A DNA stretch of 64,000 bases, from positions 3,577 to 67,576 of the forward strand of contig CALRYC010000001.1 in NCBI GenBank assembly GCA_943372295.1, in the 5' to 3' direction. The notes beneath the pieces are model-generated. The model saw only the letters and a program-made list of their open reading frames with translations. It did not search any database and had not been told where the DNA came from. The DNA is from Chitinophaga pinensis (lineage in GTDB: Bacteria; Bacteroidota; Ignavibacteria; Kapaibacteriales; Kapaibacteriaceae). The translations under genes and the position numbers were made by a program. Numbering within the stretch: the stretch's first letter is position 1; each line of letters opens with the position of its first letter. Shown here one piece after another: positions 18,989 to 28,330 of the stretch.

Positions 18989-19690
18989 CCAAACCTGAAA
19001 CCTCAAACCTGCGCGCAGCGCCGCGCGAAGCGCGTTTGAGGTCCTTCGCCGCTGCGCGGCTCAGGATGATGCCCGGGGCTAATATTGATCGTTTGGGATG
19101 CCGCGTCGTGCAATGCGTTGCGTATTGCGTGCGCACGCGTATCCGGGCCGTACACACGTAACCCCGGGCCAAGGCCCGGGGCTATTAAATCCATTGCGTG
19201 CTAGGCGTTGTCTTCCTGAAACCTGAAACCTGAAACCTGCGCGCAGCGCGTTTGAGGTCCTTCGCCGCTGCGCGGCTCAGGATGACGCCCGGGGCTATTA
19301 TCAATCATTCGGGATGGCACGTCGCGCATTGCGTTGCGTATTGCGTGCGCACGCGTATCCGGGCCGTACACACGCAACCCCGGGCCAAGGCCCGGGGCTA
19401 GTAAATCCATTGCGTGCTAGGCGTTGTCTACCTGAAACCTGAAACCTGAAACCTGCGCGCAGCGCGTTTGAGGTCCTTCGCCGCTGCGCGGCTCAGGATG
19501 ACGCCCGGGGCTAATATTGATCGTTCGGGATCGGGATGCCGCGTCGCGCGTTGCGTTGCGTATTGCGTGCGCACGCGTATCCGGGCCGTACACACGTAAC
19601 CCCGGGCCAAGGCCCGGGGCTAGTAGATCCATTGCGTGCTAGGCGTTGTCTACCCGGAACCTGAAACCTGAAACCTGCGCGCAGCGCCGC
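18989..19690. repeat. Three tandem copies (~216-228 bp, starts ~18989, 19217, 19433) of a composite unit, plus a partial fourth
   Basis: Each unit has (TGAAACC)3, CTGCGCGCAG, the GAGGTCCTTCGCCGCTGCGCGGCTCAGGATGAC module, GATCGTTTGGGATGCCGCGTCGCG, the palindrome GCGTGCGCACGC, and the hairpin CCCCGGGCCAAGGCCCGGGG. ORFs 19003..19194, 19201..19410 and 19417..19632 are near-identical translations of it. Confidence 0.9.
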
Positions 19691-19697
19691 GCTTCGC

Positions 19698-19750
19698 GCG
19701 AGGGAAGCCGAAGCGGAGGGAAGCCGAAGCGGAGGGAAGCCGAAGCGGAG
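19698..19750. repeat. Short 16-mer family array, forward orientation
   Basis: gagggaagccgaagcggagggaagccgaagcggagggaagccgaagcggag. Confidence 0.9.
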
Positions 19751-19854
19751 TTGGACCTCACACCTCATCCACGCGAACGTGCGACGTAAATTGAGGAGCA
19801 GGAGACGATGAGACGGTAGAGACAACAAACATCCCCCACAGAAAGGCCATCGCC

Positions 19855-21975
19855 ATGCCTACATCTGAAACATCGCCGATGCGCACATTGTGCGTTATAA
19901 GTGCACTTCTCCTGTTGCTGCCCATCGTAAGTATGGCGCAGGGAGTGTGGAAGCACGTGGGCAATATCTATGGGGATGACGTCTCATCACTTTTGCAGTA
20001 CAATGGCGATACGCTCATGTGTGCAACGGTTCATGGGGGTGTCCATTGCAGCCCTGATGGCGGGTCGACCTGGGATTGTCGAGACCTATCAGGTCTGGAT
20101 TCCCCCACAACACAACTTGTCAGGCATCGGCAATCGCTGTATGCTGTGAGCAGATCCAGGTTGCGTCGAAGTGAAGATGGTGGTGTAACGTGGGATCGTG
20201 TTTCTCTTACAGAGGTCGGTGATTGTAATGCTATTCTCGCTGACGACTCGACGCTCTGGATAGCCGGGAGTAACGGATTATTCATTAGTACAGATGAAGC
20301 GCGTACGTTCACGAAGCGCTCAGTTGGTCTCACCAGAGGTTCGGTCAGATACGTGTTTAAGCATGATACGGTGATGCTCGCAGGGGTTCATCATGATGTT
20401 TGTCGTAGTACCGACCAAGGTGAAAGCTGGCATCCCGTGGGTGGTGCGTTGCCATGGGTTGGCAGCATAGCTGCGATCAATGATGCCATGTTCATCGCCA
20501 CATCGAGATATCTGTATCGCAGCACCGATTCGGGAGTGAACTGGGAGATCATTGCAAATGAGGGGGCGAACCATCTCATTTCGCTCGATAGCATTCTGCT
20601 CGTTGCAAAGGGCACGGGCTTGTACAGTGTAACATCCCGTGATACTGAGCTCCGTGCAGTAGATACAGGGGATGCAGCAACAAGTGTCACGACATCCCTT
20701 CGGGCTAATGGTGAACTATTCCTCGGAACTACTTGCGGTGTCTATCGCACAGGCACGGACGACATCGAGTTGCAACACTCGTCGGAGGGTCTGAGTAATG
20801 CAACTGCTTATGGTTTCTTCGAAACGAACGCGGCGATGTATGCCAGGACGCAAAGTGGGATGTGTCGCAGTTTGGACGGCGGACAGACCTGGACGTGGAC
20901 GAACGATGGTCTATCGCCACTTGCTAACACAGGCAGCAATGCTGTCAACACCCTTGCTTCGTTTGGTACTGATACTCTCGTGATACTCTGTGGAAGTTCA
21001 AATTCGACAGGTGGAAGAATGTATCGAAGCACGGATAACGGAACGACCTGGCTGCAAGTGAAATTCCCCGAAAGTAGCAATCATGTAACATGCATTACAA
21101 AGCATCAGAGCATGTTGATTGCTGCTGTAGACTCCTTCATATACCTCAGTACTGATAGAGGTGCGACGTGGACGCCCAGCCTTCTCAACGTGCCGGACAC
21201 GCTCGATGTGGGAGCGATTACGTCGAACGGGAGCAACCTGATTGCCGTGTTGCGTGATCGACGAGCAACTGGCAAAGAGCGCTTGATCTGGAGTCGAGAT
21301 AATGGGGTCACATGGACAATGATCGATCAAGCGTTGTACCGTAATTATGACATCGTGTCTATTGATTCGGTATTCCTAATGATGAAGTCAGACACAACAT
21401 ATCGGAGTATCGATGGCGGCGCAACCTGGGAACGGCTCGGTGCTCCTGCACCGCTACCATTTATGTTCTGGGAGCATAGTTCCGTAGTTCGAGGACAGGA
21501 GTTGTATGTGCTTGAAGGTTGGTGGTCGGTGTACCGGAGTAGTGATTATGCGAGTTCATGGACGAAAATCGACTCTGGCCTTCCCTCTTCAAACCACACG
21601 CTAGCGCAAATTGGTCGACGACTATATACGTGTGAGAGAGGGGGTGCCGTGTATGTCTATGATGAAGAAGCAACCAGTGTTGACGACGCCACACGTCATC
21701 CCGACGCAACATCATCTGCGCACAGCATTAGCGTGCATCCCGTGCCGGCACGCGATCGCATTATCCTGACCTATCGCACGGAAGCGTCCGAATACGTTCG
21801 CATTGCAGTTGTGGGTAGCAATGGCGAGGTCGTGCACCACCATAGTGCGCACCCTCTGGAAGGGGGCGAGCACACACTCGACATCAACACCAGCACGTGG
21901 GCATCCGGAGTGTATTCCATCACCGTGCAGACGCATCGTCGCACACACAGCACACCAGTTATGGTTGTGCGATAA
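19855..21975 (+). CDS. BNR/Asp-box repeat (sialidase/Ycf48-like beta-propeller) protein with T9SS C-terminal sorting domain
   Basis: About ten SxDxGxTW-type boxes (DGGSTWD, DGGVTWD, DQGESWH, DSGVNWE, DGGQTWT, DNGTTWL, DRGATWT, DNGVTWT, DGGATWE). CTD ...SGVYSITVQTHRRTHSTPVMVVR. Alternative start at 19879 (MRTLCVISALLLLLPIVSMAQG). Confidence 0.75.
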   Translation: MPTSETSPMRTLCVISALLLLLPIVSMAQGVWKHVGNIYGDDVSSLLQYNGDTLMCATVHGGVHCSPDGGSTWDCRDLSGLDSPTTQLVRHRQSLYAVSRSRLRRSEDGGVTWDRVSLTEVGDCNAILADDSTLWIAGSNGLFISTDEARTFTKRSVGLTRGSVRYVFKHDTVMLAGVHHDVCRSTDQGESWHPVGGALPWVGSIAAINDAMFIATSRYLYRSTDSGVNWEIIANEGANHLISLDSILLVAKGTGLYSVTSRDTELRAVDTGDAATSVTTSLRANGELFLGTTCGVYRTGTDDIELQHSSEGLSNATAYGFFETNAAMYARTQSGMCRSLDGGQTWTWTNDGLSPLANTGSNAVNTLASFGTDTLVILCGSSNSTGGRMYRSTDNGTTWLQVKFPESSNHVTCITKHQSMLIAAVDSFIYLSTDRGATWTPSLLNVPDTLDVGAITSNGSNLIAVLRDRRATGKERLIWSRDNGVTWTMIDQALYRNYDIVSIDSVFLMMKSDTTYRSIDGGATWERLGAPAPLPFMFWEHSSVVRGQELYVLEGWWSVYRSSDYASSWTKIDSGLPSSNHTLAQIGRRLYTCERGGAVYVYDEEATSVDDATRHPDATSSAHSISVHPVPARDRIILTYRTEASEYVRIAVVGSNGEVVHHHSAHPLEGGEHTLDINTSTWASGVYSITVQTHRRTHSTPVMVVR

Positions 21976-21980
21976 CGCAT

Positions 21981-22439
21981 ATGAAGAACACCATTGCCCT
22001 TATCGGATGGATCTTGTTGTGTTTTGCGGCGGCTTCGGCTGGTGCAGCATTCACAACGGGTGATTGGTACATCCTCTTGAACAAGCCCTCGTGGAGTCCG
22101 CCCGGCTGGTTGTTTGGTCCGGTATGGACGTTGTTGTACACCATGATGGCCATCGCCGCATGGCGCGTCTGGAAGCTCGGCGGATTTACGCAGCAGCGAC
22201 GTCCACTCACCATGTTCCTCGTGCAGCTTGCGCTCAACGCTATCTGGACGCCCCTCTTCTTCGGACTCCGTCAGCTCGGCCTCGCATTTGTTGACATCAT
22301 CGTGTTGTGGTTTGCCATCCTTGCCACCATCATCATGTTCCGTCGCGTTAGCCCCACAGCCGCATGGCTGCTGATACCATACCTGCTATGGGTTGCCTTC
22401 GCCAGCGTATTGAATGGCGTGTTGTGGTGGATGAATTGA
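21981..22439 (+). CDS. tspO: TspO/MBR tryptophan-rich sensory protein
   Basis: MKNTIALIGWILLCFAAASAGAAFT...WYILLNKPSWSPPGWLFGPVWTLLYTMMAIAAWRVW...WTPLFFG. ATG at 21981 is preferred over the track start 21897, which overlaps the previous gene. Confidence 0.88.
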   Translation: MKNTIALIGWILLCFAAASAGAAFTTGDWYILLNKPSWSPPGWLFGPVWTLLYTMMAIAAWRVWKLGGFTQQRRPLTMFLVQLALNAIWTPLFFGLRQLGLAFVDIIVLWFAILATIIMFRRVSPTAAWLLIPYLLWVAFASVLNGVLWWMN

Positions 22440-22446
22440 GGTAACA

Positions 22447-22830
22447 ATGCCTACTCCAGCCGTCGTGTTTTTTGAGATCCCCGTTCTCGATATGGACCGG
22501 GCTATGAACTTCTACCGTAAGGTCTTTGGTTGCGAGTTCGACTCGATGATAGTGGATGGAAACGACATGGCCTTCTTCCCCATGTCGACTCAGGGCATGG
22601 GCATATCTGGTGCACTTGCCAAGGGCGAGGCCTACCGCCCTACCACCGACGGCGTTATCATCTACGTTGCAACCGATAGCATCGATGCTACCCTGCAGGA
22701 TGTGCTCGTGTATGGCGGACATCTCCACTATCCTAAGACCCATAACGAATTCGGCTTCGTAGCCGAGTTCATCGATACCGAGGGCAACCGCATAGCGTTG
22801 TTTGAGAAACGGCGGTCAGAGGAGGCGTAG
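22447..22830 (+). CDS. VOC (glyoxalase/bleomycin-resistance) family protein
   Basis: VVFFEIPVLDMDRAMNFYRKVFGCEF...FIDTEGNRIALFE. Size 127 aa. Confidence 0.7.
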   Translation: MPTPAVVFFEIPVLDMDRAMNFYRKVFGCEFDSMIVDGNDMAFFPMSTQGMGISGALAKGEAYRPTTDGVIIYVATDSIDATLQDVLVYGGHLHYPKTHNEFGFVAEFIDTEGNRIALFEKRRSEEA

Positions 22831-23061
22831 GAGGTGAACGGTAGGGACGAGGCATGCGCCATGATACGTCGCATGGGATGTTGCTCTTGTGGGGCGATTG
22901 TCGTAGTGTTATGATTCGCGCGGGTTGGTATCTGCCACTTGACTTTCCCATTAGCGTCCGTGGATAAGTCTACACGCTCTCACGTTGTGCGGAAGTTCTA
23001 CCGGTGCGATGTTGTTGCGCTGAACCTAGTTGTCTAACACAACGTCACATAGCTACCCTCC

Positions 23062-25689
23062 ATGCAAACCAATGTTCGCACTCCGACAGAGATATTTAAT
23101 CAGCCGCAGAGGCTGCTGGTGCCATTGTTTCAGCGTCCGTACGTGTGGGATGAGGAGAAGCAGTGGGAGCCCCTGTGGAATGATGTCGTGCGCGTTGCAT
23201 CACGGTTGCTCGAGGGTGGACGTGAAACGCAGCCACACTTTCTCGGGGCGGTGGTGATCCAGCAGATCCAGAATGCGATGGGGGATCTGCAGACGCGTAT
23301 CGTGATCGATGGTCAGCAGCGGCTGACGACCCTGCAGATCGTACTAGATGCGGTGCACGCGGTGTTTGAGCAGCGCGGACATGCCCACGCGGCGGCGCGC
23401 CTGGCCTACCTGGTAGAGAACGCCGAGGCGTTCCGACGTAACCCGGAAGACCGGTTTAAGGTGTGGCCTACGAACCGCGACCGTGACGCGTTTAACGAAG
23501 TAATGGGCATAAAGCCCCCTATCGACTACGATGCACTGAAACATGCCGAGTCGAAGCTGGTGATGGCGCACCGCTACTTTCTGACGCAGGCCGAGGAATG
23601 GCTCAGCGAAGAGTCTGCACACACCGAAATGCAGCGGGCCGACGCGCTGGAGACGGCAATCAGCAAGCTGATGCAGCTGGTGGTGATCGACCTTCAGGTG
23701 GATGAGAATGCGCAGGAGATCTTTGAGACGCTCAATGCACGGGGCACGCCGCTAACGCCAGTGGACCTGATCAAGAACTTCGTGTTCCAGCGTCTGAGCG
23801 AGGAGGGGGCGAATGTTGAGAAGATCTACGCCGACTATTGGGAACTGTACGAATCGAAGTTCTGGGAAGAGGAGATCCTCTCGGGACGCCTTCGTCGTCC
23901 ACGCGCGGTGGTGTTCTTTAACCACTGGCTCTTTAGCATGCTTGGCGAAGACGTTACCTCGAGCGAGGTGTTCAGCATCTTCAAGCGCTATCTGCTAGAC
24001 AGGCCGGAGCTGAGTACGCTGGACCTCGTAAAGCGCATTCATCGCGCGGCAAAGGTGTACGAAGACATCACTCGAAAGGGGCAGTCGGGTCAGGGCGAGG
24101 TCGACCGCGTAGCCCTCTTTGCCTACCGCGCCGAAGCCATGCAAACGGATGTTGTCAAGCCACTCCTTCTGGCATTGCTGGATCCCGACAGGGAGAGCCC
24201 CCTGACGTCAGAGGTTGTGGAGCAGATCCTCGACGACGTAGAAAGCTGGCTCGTACGGCGGATGCTGGCGCGGGTAACATCGAAGAACTATAACCGCACA
24301 ATGGCCGATCTGATTGACATCGTTCGCAGTGCGCCGGGCAATGACATGCACCACCAGATCCGTGCCTTCCTGGCACGTCAACTGGGGGATTCCGTCTTCT
24401 GGCCCGACGATGCCATGGTGCGTCAGTCTCTGTTGCGCATGCCCATCTACAAGCGCATCTCGCGCTCGCGCATGCGCATGCTGCTGGAGGCCATCGAGGA
24501 CCACTTGCGCGGGTACGGAACCGGCAAGCAGGCGCTTACCGGCGTGCGCACGCCGCGCGGCCTGTACACAATCGAGCACCTGCTGCCACAGTCGTGGGAG
24601 GCAAACTGGCCGCCCCCTGACGATGGCGACGAGGCCCTACGTGGCGAGCGCCTGCACATGCTGGGCAACCTGACACTGGTAACGCAGGCCCTAAACAGCA
24701 AGGTCTCCAACGGGGCGTGGGAGGTAAAGTCCACCGAGCTGAACCGTCACGGCGTGGTTCTCCTCAACAACCGTCTGGCCGACTTCACGCAGGGGGCTTG
24801 GACGGATGCCGCCATTGAGCAGCGCACATCGGTGCTGATCGACATCATCCTGCGCATCTGGAAGGTGCCAGAGGGCCACACTCTGCCCAGCACCGACGTC
24901 GTAGCCGTTGCCGCCTCGCGTGTGATCGTATCCGACCTTCTGCGCGCGGGACTGCTCGCGCCCGGTACAGTTCTTGAGCCTACCTGGCCCAGCCTGCGCG
25001 GTGTGCATGTAACGGTTCGCGACGACGGCGCACTCATGCTTGGAGACGTTGCCTACTACTCGCCATCATCGGCCGGCAGCGCTGTGCGCGATGGCAAGGC
25101 CACTAACGGCTGGAGCTTCTGGAAGCTGGAAGGGGGCGTGACCCTCGACGACCTGCGAAGTCGGTTGACAGGGGAGGACGTTGCGGAGGACGACCAAGAG
25201 GAAGATGACGTCACCCTCGCTCAGCCCGGCGTCAGCGAAAGCATGCGGGATCTGCAATACCGCTTCTGGCAGGGCTTTAAAGAGCACGTGCACGACTGTG
25301 ACGCACCCTTTGCGCCGAGGATGCCGCAGCGTCAGAGTTGGATGTCCATTTCCATCGGAATCAGCGGAGTGAACATTGATGCTGTGTTCACATCGGGCAT
25401 AGGATACATGGTCAACCTCCGTCCCGACGAAAACACACCCGAGATCCGCGTCGACTTATACATCCACAACGACGATGCGCTTTACCAGCGTCTGCTTGCC
25501 CAGCAGTCCGACATCGAAGACGCCTATGGCGGTCCCCTCCGTTTCTACTCCGCCCCCGGTGTAGTCAGCCGCCGCATCTTCGACTTCGTAAAGACCGACG
25601 TCTTCGACGAATCCCGCTGGCCCGAATACTATGACTGGCTCACCGAGCGCATCATCCGCATGAGAGATGTGATGGGGAAGAGGTTGTGA
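23062..25689 (+). CDS. GmrSD-type (DUF262 + DUF1524 His-Me finger) putative modification-dependent restriction enzyme with C-terminal RAMA-like and DUF4268-like extensions
   Basis: DUF262: LFQRPYVWDEEKQWEPLWNDV and VIDGQQRLTTLQ. DUF1524: YTIEHLLPQS...LGNLTLVTQALNSKVSNG. RAMA-like: GLLAPGTVLEP...GALMLGDVAYYSPSSAGSAVRDGKATNGWSFWKL. DUF4268-like: LQYRFWQGFKEHV. Confidence 0.8.
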   Translation: MQTNVRTPTEIFNQPQRLLVPLFQRPYVWDEEKQWEPLWNDVVRVASRLLEGGRETQPHFLGAVVIQQIQNAMGDLQTRIVIDGQQRLTTLQIVLDAVHAVFEQRGHAHAAARLAYLVENAEAFRRNPEDRFKVWPTNRDRDAFNEVMGIKPPIDYDALKHAESKLVMAHRYFLTQAEEWLSEESAHTEMQRADALETAISKLMQLVVIDLQVDENAQEIFETLNARGTPLTPVDLIKNFVFQRLSEEGANVEKIYADYWELYESKFWEEEILSGRLRRPRAVVFFNHWLFSMLGEDVTSSEVFSIFKRYLLDRPELSTLDLVKRIHRAAKVYEDITRKGQSGQGEVDRVALFAYRAEAMQTDVVKPLLLALLDPDRESPLTSEVVEQILDDVESWLVRRMLARVTSKNYNRTMADLIDIVRSAPGNDMHHQIRAFLARQLGDSVFWPDDAMVRQSLLRMPIYKRISRSRMRMLLEAIEDHLRGYGTGKQALTGVRTPRGLYTIEHLLPQSWEANWPPPDDGDEALRGERLHMLGNLTLVTQALNSKVSNGAWEVKSTELNRHGVVLLNNRLADFTQGAWTDAAIEQRTSVLIDIILRIWKVPEGHTLPSTDVVAVAASRVIVSDLLRAGLLAPGTVLEPTWPSLRGVHVTVRDDGALMLGDVAYYSPSSAGSAVRDGKATNGWSFWKLEGGVTLDDLRSRLTGEDVAEDDQEEDDVTLAQPGVSESMRDLQYRFWQGFKEHVHDCDAPFAPRMPQRQSWMSISIGISGVNIDAVFTSGIGYMVNLRPDENTPEIRVDLYIHNDDALYQRLLAQQSDIEDAYGGPLRFYSAPGVVSRRIFDFVKTDVFDESRWPEYYDWLTERIIRMRDVMGKRL

Positions 25690-25732
25690 GCGCGAAGCGC
25701 ATTTACGGAATGACAGATTACAGAATGACGCT

Positions 25733-26095
25733 GTCATTGGTCATTCGTCATTCGTCATTCGTCATTGGCCCTTCGCCGCTATGCAACCCCGGGCCAAGGC
25801 CCGGGGCTAATATCAATCGTTTGGGATGCCGCGTCGCGCATTGTATTCCCCGGGCCAAGGCCCGGGGCTAATATTGATCGTTTGGGATGGCACGTCGCGC
25901 ATTGCGTTCCCACGTTTTCCCACGGCTGAAGCCGTGGGCTAATGTGTGGATCGTTTGGGATGTCGCGTCGCGCATTGTTTTCCCACGGCCGAAGCCGTGG
26001 GCTAATGTGCGGAACGTTTGGGACGGCACGTCGTCCACTCTGTAATGCGTTCAGCTGCCAAAACCTGAAACCTGAAACCTGAAACCTGAAACCTG
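25733..26095. repeat. Composite repeat block: (GTCATTC)x5, then four 62-72 bp hairpin units, then (TGAAACC)x5
   Basis: Hairpins are CCCCGGGCCAAGGCCCGGGG (x2) and CCCACGGCTGAAGCCGTGGG / CCCACGGCCGAAGCCGTGGG. Each is followed by CTAAT..GATCGTTTGGGATGCCGCGTCGCGCATTG-like tails. Confidence 0.9.
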
Positions 26096-26189
26096 CCCCG
26101 CACGACACCATACGTCGCCTGAGGCGATACATTTGCTTTGCAGAGTAATACACCGTACCGTTTTATAAACCCACCTCCATAGTTCCCAC

Positions 26190-27251
26190 ATGAGAGCAAC
26201 GCCCCTTACCTCCCGGCCAATACCGGAAGTGAACACGCACTTCTTTGAAGTGTCCGAAACACCGGTTCGTTACCGGGACATTTTTGATGAAGGGATCTTT
26301 ATGGCCTTTCCGGGCAAGAAGATCATCCGCAACCACAGCCTGAACCAGGGCATCAGCATTGTTGGCTCGGGGTTCCTGCCGGTGAGCCACGAGGAGGCAT
26401 TCAACCTTGGGGTGGCGGTGTTTGAGCTTCTGTTTGGGATCACTCCGCAGATCCACAAGGAACGGCTCAGTACCACAACCACCGATTACAGCGTCGACCT
26501 CGTTTCCGACGAGTGCACGATCGTCTTCAGCCGTCAGGGCTATCGGTATGTTGGCCCGGGTCAGCGCAGCCAATCAAAAGGTCGCCCGGCTTTTGAAAGG
26601 TTAAACGATACACTGGTGAATGCGGACGAGTCTCTCCTCGACGGCGGGCACCACATCGTGGAGAACTACCACGACGAGTATCACCCCTTCATCCGGGTAT
26701 CGAACTACCTGAGAGAGGGCATGCCCTTGAGCATCGAGCTCGGGTATTACCGGCAGCGCTGCACCAATGGCATGATGTACGATGCGATGTCGAGGATGAC
26801 CTTCACGCACCCCTATGAAGTCATGGACTTCCAGGTCATCAAGGGGGCTGCCCTGGACCATTTCAGTCGTTACAAGCGCGACTTCATGACCATGGCCGAA
26901 AAGCTCTGGAAGCTGCTCCTGATCCACATCCCCAAGGCCCAGATACGCTACGTGGCCTTCGACATCTTCGAAAAGCAGATCCTCCAGAAGAGTCCGGCAG
27001 AACGTCGCAAGCTCCAGGCCGTGCTCAGCGACCTTGTCGACCGGTACGTTGCGGAGATCGGCGAAAACCTGAACGCCGCCCTGAACGTAGCCACCGAGTT
27101 CTCCAAGCTCCTCGAGGGCAAGGAGGTCTCCCAAAGCACCATCCAAACCCTGGCCTCCAAGTGGGCCAACCGCGTCACCCGTGCGTCCTTTGACGTGCGT
27201 TCATACCTCGAAAAGATCCGCGACATCGAAGAGAGGGTGCTGGGGGCGTAG
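26190..27251 (+). CDS. DUF932-like protein (phage/plasmid-associated family)
   Basis: GISIVGSGFLPVSHEEAFNLG near the N-terminus and YHPFIRVSNYLREGMPLSIELGYYRQRCTNGMM resemble the DUF932 core (NShDGs...G.fR.vCsNG). Recalled from memory. Alternative start at 26301 (MAFPGKK). Confidence 0.4.
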   Translation: MRATPLTSRPIPEVNTHFFEVSETPVRYRDIFDEGIFMAFPGKKIIRNHSLNQGISIVGSGFLPVSHEEAFNLGVAVFELLFGITPQIHKERLSTTTTDYSVDLVSDECTIVFSRQGYRYVGPGQRSQSKGRPAFERLNDTLVNADESLLDGGHHIVENYHDEYHPFIRVSNYLREGMPLSIELGYYRQRCTNGMMYDAMSRMTFTHPYEVMDFQVIKGAALDHFSRYKRDFMTMAEKLWKLLLIHIPKAQIRYVAFDIFEKQILQKSPAERRKLQAVLSDLVDRYVAEIGENLNAALNVATEFSKLLEGKEVSQSTIQTLASKWANRVTRASFDVRSYLEKIRDIEERVLGA

Positions 27252-27367
27252 AGGAAGGTGGGGAAGGGGGCGGGGGAAACGGAGGTGGTTATCTTCGATC
27301 ACTCGCCCCGTGTAGCTTGCTAGGGGAGGAGGTGGGGGGGGGCATTTTGATAAGGAGAGTAACCCAT

Positions 27368-27754
27368 ATGCTCAGATTTCTTAGTGATCCCATGCATGGA
27401 ACATGGCTTGCTGCAGCGATTATCGTTGTCGGCGCAGCCCTATCAGTGTGTATGCATGATTTTGGTGTGCTTGCCCGGCTCGGCAATGCTGTGTTGTGCA
27501 TTAGCATCATCATGCTTTCTCGACCTCAGGTCACTGGTTCGAAGATTGCAATCGAAGTGACTGATGAAAGAACTGAGTTGAATGTTAATGGACCCGAGTA
27601 CTACCGAGTCAACAACCTTGCGGAACCTGAGTGGCTTCGAATCTCGGAGACCAACAAGCTAGCCGTGAACCAGCGAAGTCCAGTTCTTGCAATCGTAGGG
27701 ACACTGATTACCGGGTATGGAGAGTGCCTGAATATAGTTTTCCAATGGCTGTAG
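27368..27754 (+). CDS. Small hypothetical membrane protein
   Basis: Two or three hydrophobic helices (WLAAAIIVVGAALSVCM, AVLCISIIMLS, VLAIVGTLITGYG). Low-GC region. A G9 tract lies just upstream. Confidence 0.3.
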   Translation: MLRFLSDPMHGTWLAAAIIVVGAALSVCMHDFGVLARLGNAVLCISIIMLSRPQVTGSKIAIEVTDERTELNVNGPEYYRVNNLAEPEWLRISETNKLAVNQRSPVLAIVGTLITGYGECLNIVFQWL

Positions 27755-27886
27755 TTAGCATGGCGTTGGCACATACTTCTTGCCCTAGATTCGCAGAAGT
27801 GGCAAACATGAACACCTTTGTGTGTTGGATGTCAAGTACATTGTTGTTTTCCAGTGGATTGAGCTCATTCGAGTAAATGCGAAACC

Positions 27887-28330
27887 ATGTCAACCGTTTC
27901 CGACAGTAACTTTCCGAGCAACCTTGAGTCGAAGCGTACAACGCTCAAAGAGCAAGGCATCGAATATGGTCTGCTGGGCTTGCTGCAGGGTCCCAAGTAC
28001 GAGTACCGTAACGACATTACAGACCGCGCATCCCTGGAGAAAAACTTCCGGGAGAAGTTCGAGGCACTCAACCGCGTGACGCTCTCCGACGCGCAGTTTG
28101 CAAGGTTGTTGGATGAGATCGTTTCGCCGGATGGATTCGTGGCGTCGAAGACGCTACGCAACTACAATGCCTTTACCCGCGATGACGGAACGCCACTGAA
28201 CTATTCGCTGGTGAACATCAAGGACTGGTGCAAGAACCAGTTCGAGGTGATCGATCAGCTGCGCATGATCACCGACAACAGCCATCATCGGTATGATGTT
28301 TTACTTCTCGTGACTGCAGCCGCTTTTGTT
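27887..28330 (+). pseudogene. hsdR: Remnant of a type I restriction enzyme R subunit (HsdR N-terminal ~145 codons only)
   Basis: LEKNFREKFEALNRVTLSDAQFARLLDEI...FVASKTLRNYNAFTRDDGTPLNYSLVNIKDWCKNQFEVIDQL...HHRYDVLLLV follows the HsdR N-terminal pattern up to the PD-(D/E)xK Asp. The expected NGLPLVxIELK is then replaced by unrelated sequence, and no helicase domain follows. Confidence 0.6.

Noticed and set aside
19003-19632. Three near-identical 63-71 aa minus-strand ORFs (MDLLAPGLGPGLRVYGPDTRAHAIRNA...).
   Set aside because: They are translations of the three tandem 216-bp DNA repeats. Their identity follows the DNA repeat, and they contain the palindromes and heptamers, so they are not credible genes.
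18989-19690. Possible CRISPR array. The regularly spaced hairpin-containing repeats here also occur at 25783-26040, 46018-46172 and 56729-56925.
   Set aside because: The whole 62-216 bp period is conserved between copies, so there are no unique spacers. Units are too long and heterogeneous, and no cas genes are present in the window.
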